64,000 nt of DNA from Dictyostelium discoideum (lineage: Eukaryota), in assembly GCA_000004695.1 (NCBI GenBank), contig CM000155.2, positions 1,600,001-1,664,000 on the forward strand. Reading direction: 5' to 3'. Every line of letters starts with the position of its first letter. Within the stretch, counting starts at the first letter, position 1. The notes beneath the pieces are model-generated. The model was given only the letters and a program-made list of their open reading frames with translations. It did not search any database and was not told the DNA's origin. The position numbers and the translations under genes were made by a program. Of this stretch, positions 1 through 13,596 are shown one piece after another.

Positions 1-214
1 ACTGTATCCATTAAAATGTTTAAAAATATATTGGTTTTTGGGGCTAATAATTCATAAAAACTAAAATCCACTGTAAATGTATCTGTTAAATAATTCTCTT
101 GTATTGTTGGCAATGGTAAATACATTTCTGTTGAAAATAAAATTAAAATAAATCTTAATAATACATCATGTAAATCATATGAACAATCCCTAAAATTAAA
201 AAAAAATATAAAAA

Positions 215-1190
<976 letters not shown>

Positions 1191-1646
1191 ATATTGATTT
1201 ATATATAAACTTTTTTTATTATTCTCTAATTAATGTTCCAAAAAAAAAAAAAAAAAAAAAAAAAAAACTATGAAAAAAAGTTTTTTTTACACACAACCAA
1301 TATACATATAAATTTATTTTTTATTTATTATTTGTGAAATTTTTATTTATTTTTTTTACTTCTAATATTAAACCAATACAATTAAAAAAAAGTAATAAAA
1401 AACAAAAAAAAAAAATAAATAAAAATTTTGAATGCAATTTAAAAAATGAAAAAAATAAAAAAAATAAAAAAAATAAAAAAAATAAAATTAAAAAAAAAAA
1501 ATAAAAAAAAAAAATCCAAAAAGGATAGGATTTTATAATTGCTCCATGTTTATTATATTCTTCCTACTACAATTTTTTATAATTTTTTCTTTTTTTTTAT
1601 AATTTTTTTTTTTAATTTTTTTTAAGAATTAAAAAAAACTTAATAA

Positions 1647-1981
1647 TTAATTTCCATTAATGGTAAAATAAGATTTACGACTTCCATTTACATTATCTTC
1701 ATAAAGAGGTGCCATTTCTTGGATAACTTCCAACAATAGACTTGGTGATTCTGATAAAACTTTATTAAATTCTTTATTTTGGAATAATTTTTTAACATTT
1801 CCCAGTATAAACTCCATTGATGATTTTTTCAAAAATTTACAATTATAAATATCTGATTTTAATAAAAATAATGCAACATTATTTGAATTAATTTCAGTAA
1901 TTAATTTTAATTCACAACGGTCTATAAAAATAAATTTTTTTTTTTTTTTTGAAATTAATTTTAGTTTAATCTTTAAAAAAT

Positions 1982-2073
<92 letters not shown>

Positions 2074-3185
2074 TACGTTTTAAAGTATCTAATAAATATT
2101 CATCTGCTATAATAATTAATTGTAATACCATATCAATATTATCTTCATTTAATGAATCTGAATATAAATATTCAATCATTTTTCTAAAAACAGCAGGTTC
2201 ATAATTTACAATTTCAATTTCTTTTAATTGACTCTCTTTCATATCATTTTGAAACATTCCTTGAAATTTTTGGCATCTGGACGATAAAATATCTTTTTTT
2301 TTTTTTTATTTTTTTATTTTTTTTTTTTGGGAATAAATGTTAGTTTTTAGAAATAAATAAATAAAAAATAAATTAAAAATATACAAACTTTTATGAGAAA
2401 GTAAAAGTGAACCATCTAATAATTTAAAAGCAATATCACTATAAACTGGATTATTAAATAAAGAACCAATATTATTTACAAAGATTGAATGTAGGTTATT
2501 TGCACGTAATTTATTTTTTAATTTTCTAACTACAATTGTTTCACCACTATTTAATCCAATCTTTATAAATTTAGAAATAGTTAATATGTATATATTTATT
2601 TATGTATATATATGTATATATGAATATTGAAATTTAAATATTTACATCATTAGGACATTGTTCAGGATCTATTCTATCTTGAAATAAAAATATTAATTGA
2701 GATTCTTCAATTGAAAATCTTTGTGAAATATGTCCAAATAATCTTTTGAATAGTGTATGTTTTTTCATTAAAAATGGTGGTAAACTTGTAGTTTGAATAC
2801 CAACTGGTAATATATATATTGTTATATTTTCAACTGAAGGTGGTGGTGTATTATTAGCAGATTGTTGTAGTTGAGTCTGTTGTGGTTGTGGTTGTGGTGG
2901 TTGTGGTTGTTGTATTGCTAATAATTGACCTGTTAAAGTTATTCCTCCATTATCACCACTTTGTCGTTGTTGTGCCTGTTGTGGCTGTAATGTTGGTGGA
3001 TTTGAAGTTGGAGTTGAAATTGTTGTAGATAACATATTTAAATTATTATTACTATTATTATTATTATTTATATTATTTATATTATTATTATTATTATTAT
3101 TTACATTATTTATAGTTGAATTTAAAGCTGCAGTATTTGAAGTTGTTATTGTATTTAGTCCAATTGTATTTAAATTAAATGACAT
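1647..3185 (-). CDS. BTB/POZ domain-containing protein (4 exons)
   Basis: True ATG at 3183-3185 (the ORF-track M at 3194 is GTG). Exon 1 to ~2646 (…DPEQCPND, donor GTAAAT). Exon 2 ~2560..2389 (IGLNSGETIVVRKL…YSDIAFKLLDGSLLLSHK; BTB N-terminal consensus DvtfkV.g..f.aHK). Exon 3 ~2292..2077 (ILSSRCQKFQGMFQ…EIEIVNYEPAVFRKMIEYLYSDSL…LLDTLK, donor GTAATT). Exon 4 ~1922..1647 (BACK-like tail). The (AAT)n tract 1982-2069 is intronic. Exon phases are consistent. Confidence 0.75.
1982..2069. repeat. (AAT)n microsatellite in BTB-gene intron 3
   Basis: Perfect repeat. Read on the minus strand it gives the poly-Tyr artefact in ORF 1982..2257. Confidence 0.95.
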
Positions 3186-3239
3186 TACATACACCTAATA
3201 CGTTTAATACAAATATTTGAACACAACAATAAAAACAAT

Positions 3240-3284
<45 letters not shown>

Positions 3285-3468
3285 AAAATAAAAAAAAATT
3301 TATAAAAAAAAAAAATAAAAATTAAAAATAATTTTTAATTAAATTTTAGACTTTTTTGTGAAAAAAAAAAAAAAAAAATAAAAAAATAAAAAAAAAAAAA
3401 AAAAAAAATAAAAAAAGGGAAAACTGGATTTTTTTTATTTTTTATTTTTATTTTTTTATTTTTTTATT

Positions 3469-4879
3469 TTAATCGAGTATACTTAAAAAGTCAATAGTTT
3501 TTCTGGAAGTACAAGCTTGACAATTACAAATAAAAGAATAAGTTTCTTTAAGAGTCGTTCTTCTTTTTTCAGTTGTTAATTTTTCACCATCTAAATAAGA
3601 TATGAAAAGTTCCTCACCTTTTTTAATTGGTCTTCTTGTACAGAAACGAATTGATTTATCATTTACAACTGGGGTTGCAATGAAAACATTTGGTTCGCAT
3701 GAATGGTTAAAGAAAGAACCTTGCATTAGAATACTTGCTAATTGTTGTGATGGAATCTCTTGGAAATCAAATGAATAGCCTAACTCATCCATTGGGTTTT
3801 TTTCAGAGAGAATTTTAATTCTAGAAGTTGGGAAAGCCACAGCATTCAATCTGATTATTGATTTAACACGATGATAAATCTCTTGAGTGATTTCACGATT
3901 TGAGAAAATTCCTTTTATAGATTGATAGATTTTCATATCTTTTCTACTTAAATATGAGGTTGTATGATTTTTTGATGGTTCAGTATGAACTAGTCTCTTT
4001 AAGAATTGGTCCATTTGCATTGAACGTAATGGTTCGTCTTGGTTACCACCAGTTGTATATTGCAATGAAAACACTTGTAACATTAATAAATACTCTGTTC
4101 TTTCTTCGTCATCCAATTTTGAAATATCATGATAAAATTTATTTAAAAAGTTTGTATGAACATTTGATGGTGTTCCACTGCATATTAATCTATGTCTTGC
4201 CATTCCCTGAGCTTCACATTCTGATGAACAAAATATAGCTTCATTACAATTTGGACAACAAACTCCACTAATAGAACCCAATGGTAAATTTGTCATACGA
4301 CTTAATGTATCCTCAATCTTTGGAAATTCTTTTGATTTTGATATCTCTCTATCATTTTGTAATTCAACTGGTTGCAATGATAAATGACAATTATTACAAT
4401 GTTCATCCTAAATAAAATAAAACATATGTTAATATTATGAAAAAATGTATATATATTATTTAAAAATTAATATTATTAATATTACATCATGTTTTTCATA
4501 TTTATGTTTTGCTAAATTTGTTGAAATTGAAAGTAATGAAGGTGCTTCAAAAAGTAATTCTTCTTCTTCAATATCTCTAGTTGCAAAGATACCTCTACCG
4601 TGAATTGGTGATTTCTTTACCATTGCATTACCCATTAAAGTTGATGATAAACCATTAAAGAATTCATAATCATCTTCATGATTTGGTACAATAACTGTAT
4701 CTGGATATAACATCATTTCTGCCTCTCTCTTTAAATCAACAATTTTTGGATTATGTATTAAAAGTAATGATTTTTCAAATGCAACAATTGCTTCATTATA
4801 TTTCTCTTTTCTAACTAAACAAATTCCTTTAATAACAAATGCTCTATATACAATAAAATATTATTATTATTATATATTC

Positions 4880-4933
<54 letters not shown>

Positions 4934-5457
4934 TAATCAATCACATTAATTAATTAATTCAATACATACTCTGATAAAATTTCACCTTCAGTTGAATTTT
5001 TAATAACTGTATTACAATCAATGATTGCATCATCTAAACGTGATAATGATTCTAATACTGTTGCACGTTGAATACGAACTGCATAATCGGCTGGTGTATG
5101 ACTAAGTACCCAATAATATCTTTTTAATGCTTCTTCAGGTTTACCATTCATAAATTCATCATATGCTTTTTGAATTGCAATTTGAATACTATAACTTAAA
5201 TGTAATGATGCTGGATCAACTGGTATTTTTGGTTTTATTTGTGGTGCATTTTGAAATCCTTTAATCTCTTCTTCAATATCTTCTTTACTTCTAATTGTAC
5301 TATTTATTGCATCTTTTGAATTTTTTGTTGAGAAAATATCTGACCCACCACCACTACCACCTGTACAAAAATATCTTGTTAAATTATTATAATTATTATT
5401 AAAATAAAATTTAATTAAATTTTCATTCTTTTTTAAACTTTGTAATCTATTTAACAT
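3469..5457 (-). CDS. SET and MYND domain (SMYD-like) lysine methyltransferase with N-terminal TPR repeats (3 exons)
   Basis: ATG 5455-5457. Exon 1 5457..~4970 (TPR-like: ALKRYYWVLSHTPADYAVRIQRATVLESL…, donor GTATGT). Intron ~4844-4969 (126 nt) contains the (TCAA)n tract. Exon 2 ~4843..4486 (AFVIKGICLVRKEKYNEAIVAFEKSL… then VKKSPIHGRGIFATRDIEEEELLFEAP, a SET N-terminal motif). Intron 4408-4485 (78 nt). Exon 3 4407..3469 (MYND-type Cys cluster DEHCNNCH…CCPNCNEAIFCSSECEAQGMARHRLIC, SET signature FFNHSCEPN, ELFISY). Total 594 aa. Phases verified as multiples of 3. Confidence 0.8.
4882..4944. repeat. (TCAA)n / (CAAT)n tetranucleotide microsatellite, ~15 units, intronic
   Basis: caatcaatcaatc… seen directly. 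Lies in intron 1 of the SMYD-like gene. Confidence 0.95.
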
Positions 5458-5575
5458 TTTCTCCAAAAATAAAAAAAAAAAAAAAGATATTTTTATTTGT
5501 TGATTGAGAAAATAAAATAAAATGAAATGTTTGAAAAAAAAATATTTCAAACGTTTGGTGAGACTCGGGTGGGTC

Positions 5576-5636
<61 letters not shown>

Positions 5637-6037
5637 AATTTTTATTTTAAATTTTTTTTAATTTTTATTTTTTTTAACACACTTTTCATTTTCTTGTAAA
5701 TGAATTTATTTATTTTCACACCAACCAAGATTTAATATTACTTTTTATTTTTTTTTTTTTAATTTTTTTTAAAATCGTATTAGTTGATTTTAAAATCTAA
5801 ATGAAAAAGATTAATTATTATGTTTTATTATATACTTATAAATTATATAAAACATATTAATTGATTTTTTCTTTTAAAATCAATTAATATGTTTTAAAAT
5901 CAACCGATACAATTTTAAAAAAAAATGATTTATATTTACAATAAAAAATAATATATTATATTATTCTTTTATTCATTTTTTTTTTATTTTTAATTATTTA
6001 AAAAATCCATCTTTTTTTTTTTTTTTTGATAGAGTTT

Positions 6038-6364
6038 TTATTCATAGTAACGAATAATCCATTCACAAATTGCAGAAGCTTTTGGTTGATCTTCAACTTC
6101 AAAAGTTAATTTAATAACAGCTTGAGCACCACCTGAAACTGGTGTTAATTCTTGTAATTCAAATTTACATCTTAAATTACCATCGACTGGTACTGGCGAT
6201 AAGAATCTAATTTTATTGAAACCATAATTTACACCATATTTAATACCTTCAACATTTGGCATAACTTCTTCTGCAAACATTGGTGCTAATGATAATGTTA
6301 AGAAACCATGTGCAATTGGACTATAATATATATATAAATATTAATAATTAGTATATACATTGAG

Positions 6365-6407
<43 letters not shown>

Positions 6408-6826
6408 ATAGAGGATAGATAATTTACCCACCAAAAGGACTTTCAGATTTAGCTCTTTCTGGATCAATATGAATCCATTGGAAATCACCAGTTGATTCAG
6501 CAAAAGAGTTTACACGATCTTGAGTGATTTTAAAGTATTCACTTGTACCAATCTCTTTACCAACTAAAGTTTTCATCTCTTCTAAACCTTTAAGAGTTTT
6601 AGTATTTCTTGCATTTCTTTGAGCTTGTGCTCTAATAACAAGTTCTCTTAATGATGCATCTGTATTATTTGATGAGAGATAAAAACTTTCTAATAATTTA
6701 AGGTTAATTTTTTTTTTTTTTTTTTAATATTCTGTTTTTTTTTTTTTTAAAAAAAAAATTACCATTTGATGATGAACATAAATGATTAGTTAATGTTTCA
6801 ACTCTTCTAATTTGTTGTTGATTCAT
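6038..6826 (-). CDS. MaoC-like (R)-specific enoyl-CoA hydratase / 3-hydroxyacyl-thioester dehydratase (hotdog fold), 3 exons, ~202 aa
   Basis: ATG 6824-6826 (MNQQQIRRVETLTNHLCSSSN). Intron ~6690-6762. Exon 2 6689..6428 (…ESTGDFQWIHIDPERAKSESPFGG). Intron ~6321-6427. Exon 3 6320..6038 (PIAHGFLTLSLAPMF…YGVNYGFNKIRFLSPVPVDGNL). These are the classic MaoC motifs D-P-E…FGG-IAHG. Total is 609 nt including the stop. Confidence 0.75.
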
Positions 6827-7076
6827 TTTCTATAAATTTAATATAAACAATTCAAAAAAAAAAAAAAATAAAAAAAAAAATAAAAAAAATAAAAAAAAAA
6901 AAAACAAAAAAAATTAAAAAAATAAAAAAAATAAAAAAAAATAAAAAAAAAAATTAAAATTGAAAATGATATTCTGGAAATTTAAAATAAATAAATAAAT
7001 AATCTAAATAAAAAAATAAAATCAAATGAATGATTATAAATTTAATATACAATATTATTTATTTATTTTTTATATT

Positions 7077-7319
7077 TTAATAGAACTCTTCTTTGATAAC
7101 TTTACCATCTTTCCATTCTTGTAAAGCCCATTGAGTTTTCGCAACTTTGTAACCACCATAAGTGAAATTCATAAACATTTCATAGGCAGTATTATTTCCA
7201 TCAACTAAGATTTTGGTTATTCTTGCTTCATGAATGGTTGCATTATTAACAATTGGTTCTTAAGCTTTATGATTTGCTTCTTTACCAACACGGTTTGTTG
7301 AATCATCATTTTCATACAT
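7077..7319 (-). pseudogene. small conserved-looking ORF (~80 aa, NTF2/SnoaL-like feel) interrupted by an in-frame TAA; possible upstream mini-exon 7463-7486 (MSIKENLE)
   Basis: Contiguous minus-strand translation: MYENDDSTNRVGKEANHKA*EPIVNNATIHEARITKILVDGNNTAYEMFMNFTYGGYKVAKTQWALQEWKDGKVIKEEFY*. The internal stop is the reverse complement of plus 7260-7262. No intron can bridge it. Confidence 0.35.
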
Positions 7320-8383
7320 TAAAATATCCTTTTAAATTTAAAAATAAATTAATTTATTATTCATAAAAATAAAAAAATAATAAAAAAAATAAAAAAATAA
7401 AAAATAAAATACAAACATGGTAATTTTTATCAAAATTTCCAAAATTTTATTATCTTGGATACTTCTAAATTTTCTTTAATTGACATCTTAATAATTTTTT
7501 TTTTTTTTTTTTTAAAACTTAAAAAATTTTTAATTTATTTAAATTTATTTATTTTTTTTTTTTATATTTGTAATTTTTAATTTATTATTTTTATTAATAT
7601 ATTTTTCGGAATATCTTTTTTTTTTTTTTTTTTTTTTCTAAACGATCTGGGGGAGTATTCCGGAATCGAGATTTATAGTACAAATTTATTTTGTATTTTT
7701 TTTTTTCAAAATTTATGGGTAATATTCCACACGAACAAATCTTTGAGTTTTTACTGGAGCCACTGGATGAACCATCATACATATTCTTAAATCATTATAT
7801 TTTTCATTTTTAATACAAGACATTTTAATATTTTGATTTATATTTTTATTATTTTTCAATGAGAAATTATTTAAATTTTCTATATATATATATATAATAA
7901 AAAACATGATTTTAGTTAGTAAATATAATATTTTCTTTTTTTTTTTTTATTTAATTCTTTGTTTTTTTTTATTTTTTATTAATTTATTTTTTTTATTTTT
8001 TTTTTTTTTATTAAAAATATATACATACCAAATAACATTTTTTTTATTAATTATAAATATATTTTAAATAATAATTTAGTTTGAAATTAAATGAATAAAA
8101 AAAAAAAAAAAAAGTGTTTAAATAATTTTTTTTAATTTTATTATCAATATTTAAATCTTAAAATTTATATAATCAAATTTAGTAATAGTATTTTTTTAAA
8201 ATTTTTATTTATTTCATCATATATTATCATAAAAAAAAGTATTAATTTTATTAAATTGTTTCACTGAAGGTATGACACAAAAAAATATTGACCAACACAA
8301 AATAAAACAATTGGTAGAAATTTGTAAAATTTAAAAATAAAAAAAATAAAACAAAATAAAAAATAAATAATGATAAAATAAGG

Positions 8384-8421
<38 letters not shown>

Positions 8422-9067
8422 TAACGCACAATTCAAATAATCACGAAAAAAGCTTTTTAAAAAAAACATCGCAAAAAAATAAAGAACACCAATGTAAATT
8501 AAATCAATATGAAAGTGTGGAAAATTAAATATCTATAAGGAAATAGGAGGTTGAAAATGCACAGAAATAATTTTATAACCATAAATAATAATTTTTATTT
8601 CCCACACCATTTTTGATAATGTAAAAAAAAAATGAACAAGGATAATAATACTTCTTTACAAACAAAACAACACAAAAAAAAAAAAAAAAAAAAAAAAAAC
8701 AACACTTTCCAATAAAATTACAATAGCTTGCAAAAAATAATTATTGAAAATAAATAATGTTATTTAGATCATATTACAAATTTAACACCACTAATACAAA
8801 AAAAGAAATAATTTAAAAATAAAAATAAAAATAAAAAAAAAAAAATTAAAAATTAAAAATAAAAATAAGATATAAAAAAAAAAAAAAAATAAATGGTGAG
8901 AATTATTTCTTTTCAAATTATAACATTTTTGATATCTTTTTTTTTTTTATATTATTTTATTTTATTTTATTTATTTTATTTTAATTAAAAAATTATATAA
9001 ATATATATTATTTTTAATGATAATCTTTTTTTTTATTTTTATTTTTATTTTATTTTATTTTACTATT

Positions 9068-10039
9068 TTAATTTCTACTTCTTCTTTCTATTTGATCAAT
9101 AACATTATTTGATTTTGTAAATCTTTGACCTCTTAAAAATTGATCATCTTTGAATATACCCTTATAGATATGGGAGTAATTATTAAGTTGACCTATACCA
9201 TTGAATTTACCATCACGGAATTCACCTTGATAAATGTAATTTGGAGTTACAATTTTACCAGTACCATTAAAGTGTTGATATTTCTCTTTGTATGGATAAA
9301 AGAAACCAACAAAAGCACCAACTAACGTTGAGCCTAAATGACAAGCATGATCCAAAGGTGATCTTCTTGAAAAAAGGGGTAAAAATAAACCACAGAAATC
9401 GAAAAGTGCCAATGCTGCCAATACTTGAGAACCTTCGAAATCAAACATTGGTAAGAATATAATACTTACACGTGAATTTTCAAATAAAACAGAGGATGCA
9501 AAGAGTGAGAAAACACTACCACTTGCACCAATCGAGGGAACTACATAACTTCCCACCAACAATTTATAAGTTAAACTTGTCATTGAACCAAATAAACCAC
9601 CCAAGAAATAGAGTATTAAGAAATCACGAGTTCCTAAATGATCATAAGCCGTACTACCAAATGATGCCAATGCATACATATTAAAAAGTATATGAAGTCC
9701 TTCTGTATGTGTAAATGTTGAAAGAATTAAAGATGATGGATACTTATTAAGTGATGATGGTGAAAGGAAGAAATGTGGACCAAATCTTTCTAAAAATCCT
9801 TGAATCTTTAATAAACGCCATACTATAATATTTGCTGCAATTAATGAACCAATCACTAAATATTTCTCTGTAATTTTATATTTTAAAATTTTAAAATAGT
9901 ATGGTTTTTCTTCAATATCTTGTTTACCATTATCATTATCATTTGAATTATTACCAAAACCTAAAAATCCTAACCCAACTCCAACAAATGAAAATAACAT
10001 ATTTTTTTTATTTCTATTTAAAAAATTTAAAATTTTTTC

Positions 10040-10078
<39 letters not shown>

Positions 10079-10390
10079 TTCATTATTTTCATTATTTTCA
10101 TTATTATTATTATTTTCATTATTTTTATTATTATTTTCATAACCTTTATCATTAATATTTGTTGAATAGAATCTATTATTATTAAATGAATTGATAGTAA
10201 AATTATTATTGATTAATGATGATGGTGTTGTTGTTGATAATGTATGATGGTGGTTATTTGTTACATTATAAATCAAATTAACATTTTTAAAATTTGGTGT
10301 AATTTTTGTAAAGTTTGTTTTTATATGTTTAACTTGATTTTTATTTAATATATTTTTTGATATTTTTTTAAAAATTGACGAACTTATCAT
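9068..10390 (-). CDS. rhomboid-family intramembrane serine protease (PARL-like 1+6 TM topology) with C-terminal MORN repeats, single exon, 440 aa
   Basis: HILFNMYALASFG (TM2 H..N motif). GASGSVFSLFA (catalytic GxSG). HACHLGSTLVGAF (catalytic His in TM6). Lys-rich N-terminus resembles a mitochondrial presequence. C-terminal MORN-like repeats: YIYQGEFRDGKFNGIGQL, HIYKGIFKDDQFLRGQRF. Confidence 0.85.
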
Positions 10391-10861
10391 TTTTTTGTTT
10401 TTTTAGAGTGTTGATAGAAAAAAAAAATAAAAATAAAAAATATGATCACTAATCACAAGTGCATAAAAAATAAAAAAAAAAATAAAAAACAATTTAAAAA
10501 AACCAAAAAGTCAAAATTTCAAAAAAAAAAAAATACACATTTAAATTTGTTTTCAAATTAACATTAACCATTTTTTAAAAAATAGATAATATGGAATAAT
10601 TATTAATTTTAAATTTATTTGTTAAAAAAATGAAAATTGTATCTCAATAATATATATTTATATTTTTCTGAATAAATTATTTAATTGTATTAAAATAAAA
10701 AAAAAAAATAAATCCACCAGGCAAATTTAAAATTTTTTTATTTTAAAATTTTTTAATATTTTTATTTTATTATTACTTATTATTACTTATTATTATTATT
10801 ATTATTTATTTTTTAATTTTTTTTAATTTTTTTTTTTTTTTTTTTTTTTAATTTTTTTTTT

Positions 10862-12672
10862 TTAATGAGAAACTATAATTGGTTTTGAATTTGGATCAAA
10901 TTTAAAAGTTAATTTCTTCCAGAATAATAAAACTATACCCATATCGAAAACCCACATTGAAATTAATACAATGAAAAGTGGTAGACGTCTTATCATTGAT
11001 AAACCATAACCAGCCCAAAGCGGACCAAGAATTCTAGCAAGACTACCCATAATCATCATACAACCACTTAGGAAACCTTGAGATTCTTCTTCACCATAGA
11101 TTCTATTCAATAGTTTAGAATAAAGACTATAGACTGAAGTATTTTGAGTTGGAATACCAACAGTAGTGATTGCAACCGATAAAATGAATTTCCACATTGG
11201 TACACTATCAGTTGCCAAACCAAGTCCAAAGAAGAACATCATCAATATTAAACCAGCACCAATGAATAACATACCAAACATGATTGCATGTTTATCTTGT
11301 CCACCTTTACCTGTGAATATAACTGTAACAATAATGAAAACTATGATTTCCAATGACACCAAACTATACATAATACTATTTTGAATTGTACCAAAACCAT
11401 ACTGTTGTTGAGTGATTGGTGTAATTAAAGTTTCAAGTGAACCAAATACAAAATTTTGCACAAAATTAATTACAAAACATGTCAATAGTGATGCATTTAA
11501 TATCTTTTTTAAATTTTCTAAAAATGTTGGTTCTTTTTTCTTTTGATCAGCACCAAATAATCTTGATTGATGAATTGAACCACCATTTGATGAAGAGGTT
11601 TGATATTTTGAAAATTTTTTACTTGAAAAATGTTGAAATGATGATTGTGGTGTAATCATGGTAGTTGATAATGATTCACCACCATTTCCATTTAAACCTT
11701 TTGGATTAACCATTCTATATGTTAATGATCCTTCCTCTCCAAATGTTGGATATTTACTATATGTTGAATATTGTTGATTTATACTATGCTTATAGTCTCC
11801 ACCCAATGTAACTTCTGAATATTTATCTAATGCATGTGGATGGCTTGTACTTTTATGTAATAATGGTGCTTTTTCATTACTTTTAAATTTAGATGATGAA
11901 ATATGTTGTTGTTTTTCATTTATATCAATTTTAGATACTTGATCAATATTAGTTTGATTATTATCTTGATTATCAATTATTGGAGTTGGTTCTCTGAATC
12001 CAATGAATGATAATAAAATTAAGAATAAAAATAATGCTAATAACCAACCTGGTGTTCTTAATGGATCGAAAATGAAATGAACTTTACCAATCCAAAAATT
12101 GAAATTAACTTCACCAATACCAAGATTAAATGCTGGACCTGCAACTAAACCAAATGCATTGATACCATTGATTATACCCATAAATTTGGTTCTTTGCTCT
12201 TTGGTACTGACTGCTGCAATGTAACTATTGGTTAATGCCATATTACTACTACCGATACCTGCTATGAAACGACCTGCAATCACCATATATGGATCGATTG
12301 CCATTGCATAAACTATATTACCAATTACACCAACTATTAAACTTGCTATAAAACTTTCTTTCATTGTTCTTTTGTCTGCCCAAATTCCAACAATTGGTAA
12401 AAAACAAACTTGTGCTATTGAAAATACTGCTAATGCCCACCCCAATGAATTACTATTACCATTGATTGATTCTAAATATTTTAATAATGATGGCATTACA
12501 ATACCATATTCAACATTTGCCACAAATCCAATTATCATAACTGTTGTTAAACTTAACATGTGGACTCGATTTTCTGTTTTTTCATTTGATATTTCCACTT
12601 TTTCATCTTTTACTGATACTTTTTCTTCTTTATTTATTATTAAAATTGAATCATTACTATTATTATTTTCTA

Positions 12673-12676
<4 letters not shown>
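10862..12676 (-). CDS. major facilitator superfamily (MFS) transporter, single exon, 604 aa, with large central hydrophilic loop
   Basis: 12 predicted hydrophobic segments. MFS-like motif GIWADKRTMK between TM2 and TM3 (G-x-x-x-D-R/K-x-G-R-R/K type). ATG at 12674-12676 follows an A/T-rich leader. Confidence 0.8.
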
Positions 12677-12706
<30 letters not shown>

Positions 12707-12751
12707 CCAAATACCTTTTATTCAATGGTAATAATAATAAAAAAAGATGGT

Positions 12752-12788
<37 letters not shown>

Positions 12789-13118
12789 TTAAATAAAATT
12801 CAAAAAAAAAAAAAAAAAAAGGGGGGGTTATAAAAGGGAATCAACTTTGCTTGGGTTTTTTTTTTTTTTAACAAATTTTTAATTTTTTTTTAATTTTTAA
12901 TTTTTTTTTAATTTTTTTTTAATTTTTAAATTTTTTTTAAAACCCAAAAATATTTTGTTGTAAAGGAACAAATTTTCTTTTTTTTTTTTTTTTTTTTTTT
13001 TTTTTGGAAAAATTTTTTTAATGGGGGGTTATCATTCCCTAAAAAAACTTTTTCCCAAACCAAAAAAACCAAAAAAAATTTAAATTTAAAAATTAAAATT
13101 AAAAAAAATGGGGTTTTT

Positions 13119-13150
<32 letters not shown>

Positions 13151-13344
13151 TTATTATTAAAGGGGATTGGGTTTTTAAAAAAATAGAGATGAAAAAAAAA
13201 AATTTGGATATTTCGGAAAAAAAAAAAAAAAATTAAGAGTTTTTTTTTATTTTTTATTTACAACTTTAAAAAGATATTTTTATTATCTTTTTTTTTTTTT
13301 TTTTTTTTTCTTTATCTTTTTCTTTTTATATATATTTTTTTTTT

Positions 13345-13596
13345 TTATTTAATTCCAGTTTGTTTTTTAAAAACTCTAACTATTGAATTGAAGAAAATAG
13401 TTCCGAGGATAATTGAACCACTAACCAAAATCGAAATAAACCCTTGATATCCATTACAATATATTCTTTTTGATAAAAGAAGACATAGTGGAATAATAAA
13501 TGTTAATTGTATTGTAAAATCTAAATTGATAAACAAAGATAAAATTGAAAGACAAAAAAGAAACACTATTGAATTATTTTCAAAAGTTTCATTCAT
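13345..13596 (-). CDS. possible small membrane protein (83 aa, 2-3 TM), unverified
   Basis: ATG in AAAATGA context. Hydrophobic segments FLFCLSILSLFINL and ISILVSGSIILGTIFF. No homology recognised. The (TTTTG)13 tract lies immediately upstream. Confidence 0.3.
   Translation of the reverse strand: MNETFENNSIVFLFCLSILSLFINLDFTIQLTFIIPLCLLLSKRIYCNGYQGFISILVSGSIILGTIFFNSIVRVFKKQTGIK

Noticed and set aside
7594-7907. Minus-strand ORFs 7594..7782 and 7713..7907, and the TTCGGAATAT…GTATTCCGGAA inverted repeat flanking a T22 run (7605-7670)
   Set aside because: The ORFs are low-complexity with no domain. The inverted repeat is only 7-8 bp and is kept out of the findings as too weak.
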